This document shows positions 56,640-64,000 of a stretch of 64,000 nucleotides of DNA, one piece after another (position 1 is the first letter of the stretch; the number at the start of each line of letters is the position of its first letter). The DNA is from Chrysomallon squamiferum (Eukaryota > Animalia > Mollusca), in contig CM022673.1 of the NCBI GenBank assembly GCA_012295275.1, positions 1,674,001 to 1,738,000 on the forward strand. The letters are read 5' to 3'. Made by a program: the position numbers and the translations under genes. Below the pieces are notes generated by a model. That model was not told the DNA's origin. It did no database searches and was given only the letters and a program-made list of their open reading frames with translations.

Positions 56640-57099
56640 TTTCAGAATGACTGTTCACATAGTCCTTTCAAATAAACCTAATATTTGTTTTTATTTTATT
56701 TATTTATTTATTATATCAAAGTAGTTCTGTAATAATTAAAAAGATATGAAGTCTCAGTAAAATAAAATGTCAAACACAAATGGTGTAAATTTAGATATAA
56801 ATGAATACTAAGAAACCCTACACATATGCACACATGCACACCCAAATACACATTGTATTTTAACACAAAACACTAGGCTATACATAAATCACCCCAATAA
56901 TGATAAAAGTATGTATAATAATCATATATTTAAGGATATCAATGAAAACAAAAAAATAATAATAATAAGCCATGAAATTGAAAGTAGAGAAAAAAAAAAA
57001 AGAAAAAAAAAAGAAGAAAAAAAAAAAAGAAGGAATCTTACAAAAATAACATTAAAATCTACACATTTTAATTCAGATATAATCCATTAACAAACAAAA

Positions 57100-57365
57100 G
57101 ACTGGACCTATTTAAAACACACCCATATAAGTAACAAATGATCAGTTACAAACACACCTATGAATACTATATATAAATACAAACATACTCATATAATATG
57201 TAACTGATAAACACACATACAAACATGCCTATGTGCATTGTATATAAATACATACCTATACAAGTAAAAGGTAAACTTACACACATTCTTTTACATAAAG
57301 ACAAACATACCTATATAATTAACAAATGAAACATACTCATCTATGTATACTGTATAGAAACACAA
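57100..57365. repeat. Degenerate AC-rich minisatellite (AAACAYRCCTAT...TATATAAATAC-like units)
   Basis: Related units at ~57148, ~57219, ~57301, ~57329. Confidence 0.5.
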
Positions 57366-60300
57366 AATAATCAGAATGAATGATATTTATTTATAGGGTA
57401 ATTTAACATCAGCTTATGAACAGCTGGCATTAACAAATCAATATCAATAGACAATTTATTCCAATACATCTTCAGCTGTTCTGTTAGACTGAAGGAAACT
57501 GAACAATAGAAGGAACAGCTAAATTTTAAAAAAATACGTTAAATTTAATTTATAACTAGGCTAAACATAAATCAGCCTTTTCAGCCCCCCCCCCATAATC
57601 ATAAAAGTATGTTTGCACACACACAATAAATGTTTTACCTACAATTTTTATCATACATGTATATATTATTTTTATTATTGTATCTGGGGTTTTGAAGGGT
57701 TTTTTTCTTGGCTTCACTAATGAAATATATTTGTCATGTTAATTTTCAATCCATTTATTATATCTGTTTGGGTGGTATTACTGTATATTTTATTCATGTA
57801 CAATTATTTTACATTATTTGATATGTTATTGCAAATTTGTTCAACAGATAAAATAACTCAATATAAATGAAAAATCTGCAGCATGTTGCAGTGAAATATT
57901 CAAAAATAAAGGTATAAAATTTATTCTGGAAAATGCAATACACAGATTAAACTACTGAATAAATATTGTTGAACCATTTTTTTAATTTAATAATGAAAAT
58001 TGTTAAAACAATAACCAAATGCATTCTTCTTTTTCTTCTTATGTTTTTCTTCTTTTAATTATTTCACATTTTTAGTATTACATATCAGTATTGATATAAT
58101 GAAAGCATTTTCTTTAAATAATATTTAATATCATTCATTGTTATGACACTGAAGGAATTTATTAGTATGTATGTAGGTATAATAATCATATATTCTGGGA
58201 TATCAACGGAAAAAAAAAAGATACAAAAAAAAAAAAAAAAGCAGGAAATTGAGACTAGAAAAAAATCTATATATATTTTCACAAAAATAAAATTAAAATC
58301 ATCAAAACATTCTTAGTCAAATATGATAAAATTGCAGAAAAACAAATCTTTTGTTTTTTGTTAATGGGTTGACACATTAACAAATAAAACGAAAGACTTG
58401 TAGTCTGCACCTATTTAATTCAGTCTTTTTGGATGATGTAAACTTTTTTTGCATGCATGAAACTACTATTTGCCCAAAATCTAAAAATCCATGGGATTTT
58501 ACATACATAAATCTACACACTGCTGCACATTTATTTATTATGCCAGCAAGCAGAGCAATAAATGAATCAATAAAACTATTTCTCTTTTACACAGTAACAA
58601 TATGTTCTGAATACAATTTAAACAATGAAATCAATGAACAGTGTAAATAGTGTGAAATAGATTTATTGTATATTCAGTAAACTACTGTGTAACGAATCAA
58701 AATCTGTATTGTTCTATTTGTTAATGATGACAAAACGCAAAGCATAGGCATTATGGGAGTATTATGTATTTTATTTTAAAATTTCATTTGTTTACTTATT
58801 TATTATTATTATTATTATTATTATTTAATTTTTAATTTTATTTATTTATTTTATTTTTTGTTTTATCTGGTAACAATAATTAAAGCTGAATAAAGAAAGC
58901 CAAACATTTTTGATAACAACATGCAATTACTTATTTTATATGTATGTACACATATACAATACTGCCTAAAGCTCTCACTATATTACTTATTTAGTAATTA
59001 CTTTTGTATACTTTTTCACATATGAAGATGCTGATAATATAAATCAATATTTTCCCTAATATAATATTAACAAATACATTTTTTTTCATCTATTTTTTTT
59101 ATTTTTTTATTATTAATCTGAAAACCAAGTTAGCAGACATAAAATACAAACAAAAAATAAAAAAAATAAATCAAGAACCTCGCTGTCTGTTCACCACAAA
59201 AATTTGATTTGTCATGTTTTAGATATAACCAGTAAACTGCACCTACGTTAACTTGGTGAAAACTAGATTCTTCCATGTTTAAAAGCAACTTACTACACAT
59301 AAAAATAATTTAGTTTGATTTATAACACTTGACATGGTAGGGGTGCTTTCCAGCATGTTTCATTTGTACCATGTATCAGACAAAGACCTTTGTGCACATT
59401 CATTAAAATTTTATATATATATGTGTTACAGCAAGAAGGATTACGTGCACCAGAAAGCATTTGTTAAAAGCTGAAGTAGTAAAGATAAACAGAGTTTTCT
59501 TCATCAGCAGTTTTAAAATTCTAGCAGTGCTATTAGGGATAGAATTACAGTTCTTTCTGAAGTATTTTGTAATGAAGAATAGATATTTCAATTATGCTAA
59601 AACAGTTTTAATTGTATTGCTATTTACTGATAAAGTTGTTCATGATAAAAAAAAAAAAAAAAAAAAAATGAAAATGTTGTTATTTAGCTGAAAAGTGTTT
59701 ATTAAGTAATGTATTCTAACATGTTTACACTTATCGGTTCCATGTGAAAGCTTATGTTCAAATTAATACTTAGTGTGTGTGCTCGATTTAATACTCCCAC
59801 TCACAAAAGACAACATTTTAAATTATACTCTTTATCACTAAAACTAATTAATGATAATTATAACAACAACAACAACAACATTATGAAGAAAAAAGTGTGT
59901 GCTGCTTACACTTTAATAATCAACTAAGTAAAAACCAATTATTAAATATTAAAATAGAGGACTATATAAAGCCACAAAATTAATTCACTCTGCTTTAATC
60001 TTTTAAATGCTTAAACTAACACATTTACTGACTGAGAGTACTGTGTCTGATACTTTTGAGTACTGCATGAATTCCCTGTCTATTCATTTCTACAAAAAAA
60101 AAAAAAAACCAAAACCTGTTTTAATTAACAATCAATGGAATTCCTCAGTTAGCATCAGGGATGACTGAAATACAGGTAACTGCTTGTATGCCACAGATAT
60201 TTATCTCTAATAACAACAGTCACTGAATCAGTAATATAAAATCAACAGAAAAGTGAGATCTGTTTATTATAGTATTAATTGGTGTGATTTTTCAATTTTA

Positions 60301-60564
60301 GTTGCGTACTTAGGATCCTCAGTACTCTGTACTGTTACCATAATACGGTTTGACAAAATGTTTTTAAAATTCATACCATTTCTAAAAGAATAAAATTCTT
60401 AAACATAAATGTGAGTTCGATCGGTTTTTATCAAAAATAACTGTAGATTTCATGACAGATGAGTAGTAATTATTTTTAATATAAGAAAAAAGAAAAAGAA
60501 AAGAAAGCAGAAAATATTAATCATTTTATGAATTAAAAATCTAACTGAAGAAACAGTAACTTAC

Positions 60565-61023
60565 CAAATGTAACAGAAATATTTTCGTCAGGTTATGATG
60601 TAGAGTTTCTTATAATTTTAAAACTTTTTTCATTTAGTTCGTACATGTACCTCTAGCAAACGACACGCTCCAAATCACACAGCAGACACTATCAAACATA
60701 ACCATCTTGGTTATCGTTCTTTGAATGGTATCTCCGCTAGATGTCTATTCTTTGAATAGTTGCGTAGAATACTTTATTAAGATTAAATATTTTACTAATT
60801 AATTCTTTTTCTTTACGATTGTCAAACTCATAGAACAATACAATAAATTGTTATACTTAAACGTAATCCAAATTTTCTTTTTTTTCCATTAAAGTTTCAA
60901 GTAATAGAAAAATAATGCACGAGTTTGGGTTAGCTTTACTTATTATACTTAATGGAGGGAAATTTAGAAACGAACAAGAAAACGTAAACAAAACCCAAAT
61001 GTAATTCTTTTTCAATTTATGTC
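60565..61023. promoter_or_regulatory. Putative bidirectional promoter: SLC45A3-like first exon (-) and RAD51AP1-like start (+)
   Basis: Consensus minus-strand donor TG|GTAAGT at 60565/60564, local CpG enrichment, A/T strand skew flips here, plus-strand ATG at 61024. Confidence 0.55.
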
Positions 61024-61385
61024 ATGTACGAACGTCGTTCAGACAGGTAACTACGAACGCGTGCGTTGCTTAAAATATTTATCTTTAACAGATACTTTTT
61101 GATTTCAGTATGTGAAAACCGATTTGATTATTGAAACTAAGACTGATGAATATCAATATCAATGAATATGAATATGAATATGATGAAGCATATTCATGAT
61201 ATTCATATTGGATACATCATACAGGATAGTGTTTATATTTAGACGGATAAATCTTCGAGCTGTAACTAACACAGTACATTGGCATGTTTTTAATTCATAA
61301 TGTAATAATTAAGTAGGTAAAACTTAAAAGCGGGCCGAAAGATTATAATGTTTTGATGCAAAAAAAAAAAACCCCAAAACAATAA

Positions 61386-61424
<39 letters not shown>

Positions 61425-61978
61425 AAATATCCAGCAGGTGCGCATTGAATTATTGAGTCATTCGATTTAGTCACTGAGCAAATAAGATCGTTAGATTGTG
61501 TTTCGTTATCAAGATCATATTAATGATATTTAATAACAACATGAGTAATTATCATTAGCCTGTGTAGTATTTGGTCTTTTCGAATTCGGTGGTTGGCATG
61601 TGCTTCCAAAATAGTACACCAGTTATGGCATTAGTTTTTGTTTTGTTTTACTATAAGAACAATAACAGTCATTTAAATTAAAAATATGAATTTTGAATTA
61701 TCTGATTGTGTTGAAATCTTGAAAAGCTGCAAAGAATTCACAAGATATCTGGGATTACATTGGTTTTTTTAATGATCTGTTCAGTTATCCAAACAAAATA
61801 CTGCTTACCTGTCATGTTTGAATAATTGAGGTTTAATTATTTTATTTTCAGTAGTTTTTTTTTATTATTCATGCCTGACATCACATTCAGAATTCATCAG
61901 AAATAAGGTTTATATGAATTTATATAAGTAAGATTTTTTACTTTATATTCTGCTGATATATTAATGTTAAAGTTTTAG

Positions 61979-62025
<47 letters not shown>

Positions 62026-63453
62026 GTCACAAACGACTATGGAGACTCAACCTTTATAGTTATTTGCCCTAGCCAAATTTCCTCAATGTGACGAATATTT
62101 CTTTTTCTCTCTTTTGATAAATGTTTATGTATGTGTATAATATTACAAGTGATCTTATACAAAAAACGTTTTAAAAATTTGTTGCAGATCAAAAAAGCAA
62201 ATCAACTACTCCAAATTTGGAGATAGTAATTGTGATGATGGTAAGTTTATTTACAGTTACTTCTTATTATGTTTGAATTTGTTATCTAATAGTTTTATAA
62301 GTTACATTGTCTTAAATTAGAAAAGTATAAAGTTTTATATATATATTATTTCCTGATTAGTTTGTCCAGTTAAATATTAGTGAAACTTTTTAATTTTTAA
62401 TTATTATTTTTTTTGGTCACACACACATATTTTAAAAAGAAAACAAAATGGAAGAGACTGTTAACAATTTTTGTAATTTTGTGGAAAGGTTAATGTTTGT
62501 TTTTCTGTGACAATTGTTAGCATATTATGGTATTATTAATTATTTTCTTTTAATCATTTTAGATGATTTCGCAGATTCCTTGCCTGCTTCAAAAAAGAAG
62601 AAAGTTTCCAACAAGGAAAACAGCAAGGTTAAAAAATCTGACAGACAGCCAGTGGTTGAGAAAACTGTAAAAACAGAGAAGAAAAAACAAAGGTAGCAAA
62701 TTATCAGTAAATTAAAATATTCAAAAGATTTACATTAGGGTCCATAATTATGTCAAACTCTTCAATACTGAGATAAGAAAGCTAAAGCGATTCTGATAAA
62801 AACAGAGAATTTCAGAACAAGTTTTAAGGATTCATTTTAAGTATGTTGTTTCCATGTTTAGTGCATTTTCACTTTTGTGTTTTTTAAATTTCTATTTCTT
62901 AATAATTTGGTTTATTATCCATTTTATTTACTTTTTTGAATGTTGCTTGATACCATAAAAAATATTTTATAGCTTCTACAGTTGTGAATAGGTTGGAAGG
63001 CTAATTTCAGTGCAATCTATCATTCTGCTTTCAGACATTAAAAGAAATCTTCATATTGTTGTTGTTTTTATTATTATTATTATTATTATTATCCCACATC
63101 AGACATTTCAGTAATTTAATTACATATGTTTTTAGTTATACTCAGTTGTCGAACATAATAATATCTGTTTTATTTCATATTCATATTTTTGTTGCTTTTG
63201 TGGTTGTTATTGTTATCATTATTTTAAGTGCACACTGAGTGATTATATCTGCATTATTTCTATATATACTACAATTGTTTGTTTCATTTGAGTTAATCTG
63301 TATTTATCATTTTCAGGCCAAATCCTAAAGATAAATTATTTGATCAAGAACTTCAGCTAGCTCTGGAAGTTTCCCTTTCAAAACCACAGCCACCTGGTGA
63401 AGATGGACTGACCAAAGAAACCAAACAAGAACAAGATGATACCAAAACAGAAG
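61024..63453 (+). CDS. RAD51AP1: RAD51-associated protein 1 / NUCKS1-family protein, 5' part (runs off window)
   Basis: Exons 61024-61046, 62188-62240, 62563-62692, 63317-63453 in phase: MYERRSDR-SKKQINYSKFGDSNCDD-DDFADSLPASKKKK...R-PNPKDKLFDQELQLALEVS, matching the RAD51AP1 N-terminal pattern (KKxVNYSxF..DDDF; DKLYQRDLEVALALS). Confidence 0.8.
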
Positions 63454-64000
63454 GTGTTTGTTAATACATGTTATTTAATTTTATTTTAAAATACTTAATT
63501 ATTTTCACAGGATGAAAAATAAAATGAAGGAAAAAAATAAATAAAAGAAGAATATTTGACAGGCATTAATTATACAATTTTAATTATTTTACTAGTTAAA
63601 TAAGTGACAAAATTGTTAATTACTGGTACTCTTTGTATAAGTATATGGTATCAGGCTATTTATATGACTTTCCGAAAATCCAGGAATGCAGTTATTTTTG
63701 AGACCGGCTTTTGAATTAGGTATGCTTTTTTATAGTGTCAGTGAAATCATTTCCAGTGAGAGAGTCGCAGAGAACAGGTGATCGTTTCACAACAAACTAC
63801 TAACTGTTTCTGTACACTGTTATTTTCGTTTATTATGATGTCTAAAAGACTAGCAGAAATGCAGCTTGCTAGCGAAAAGCATTCTCCATAAACACATTTA
63901 AAAAAAAATTAATATTTGAATTAATAAAGATCAAACACATACTGTATTAGAAGTGTATTAATTTGTATATGCTTAGTACAGTTTCGCTTTATTTATTTTA

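Overview
Very AT-rich, microsatellite-rich eukaryotic (invertebrate, probably mollusc/lophotrochozoan-like; taxon is inference only) genomic DNA with spliced genes, so the ORF track is mostly noise. Hand-assembled GT-AG exon chains give four recognisable genes in two head-to-head pairs: Nup50 (-, 7 coding exons, 387 aa) / PHF21A-B (BHC80)-like (+, 14 coding exons, 497 aa), and SLC45A3-like transporter (-, 2 coding exons, 581 aa) / RAD51AP1-NUCKS1-like (+, 5' part only). There is also an orphan single-pass membrane ORF (1851-2540), a possible two-exon smORF transcript (13268-14702) and a 1.1-kb TA-flanked TIR transposon. The most striking observation is a predicted multi-exon 5' leader of the SLC45A3-like gene, spread over ~15 kb, whose small exons splice in frame into two tandem upstream ORFs (46 aa and 82 aa) that no six-frame ORF track shows. 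A second oddity is a ~5 kb array of degenerate hairpin-like repeats with T-rich spacers inside the putative ~10 kb 3' UTR of PHF21. All splice models are predictions from sequence alone.
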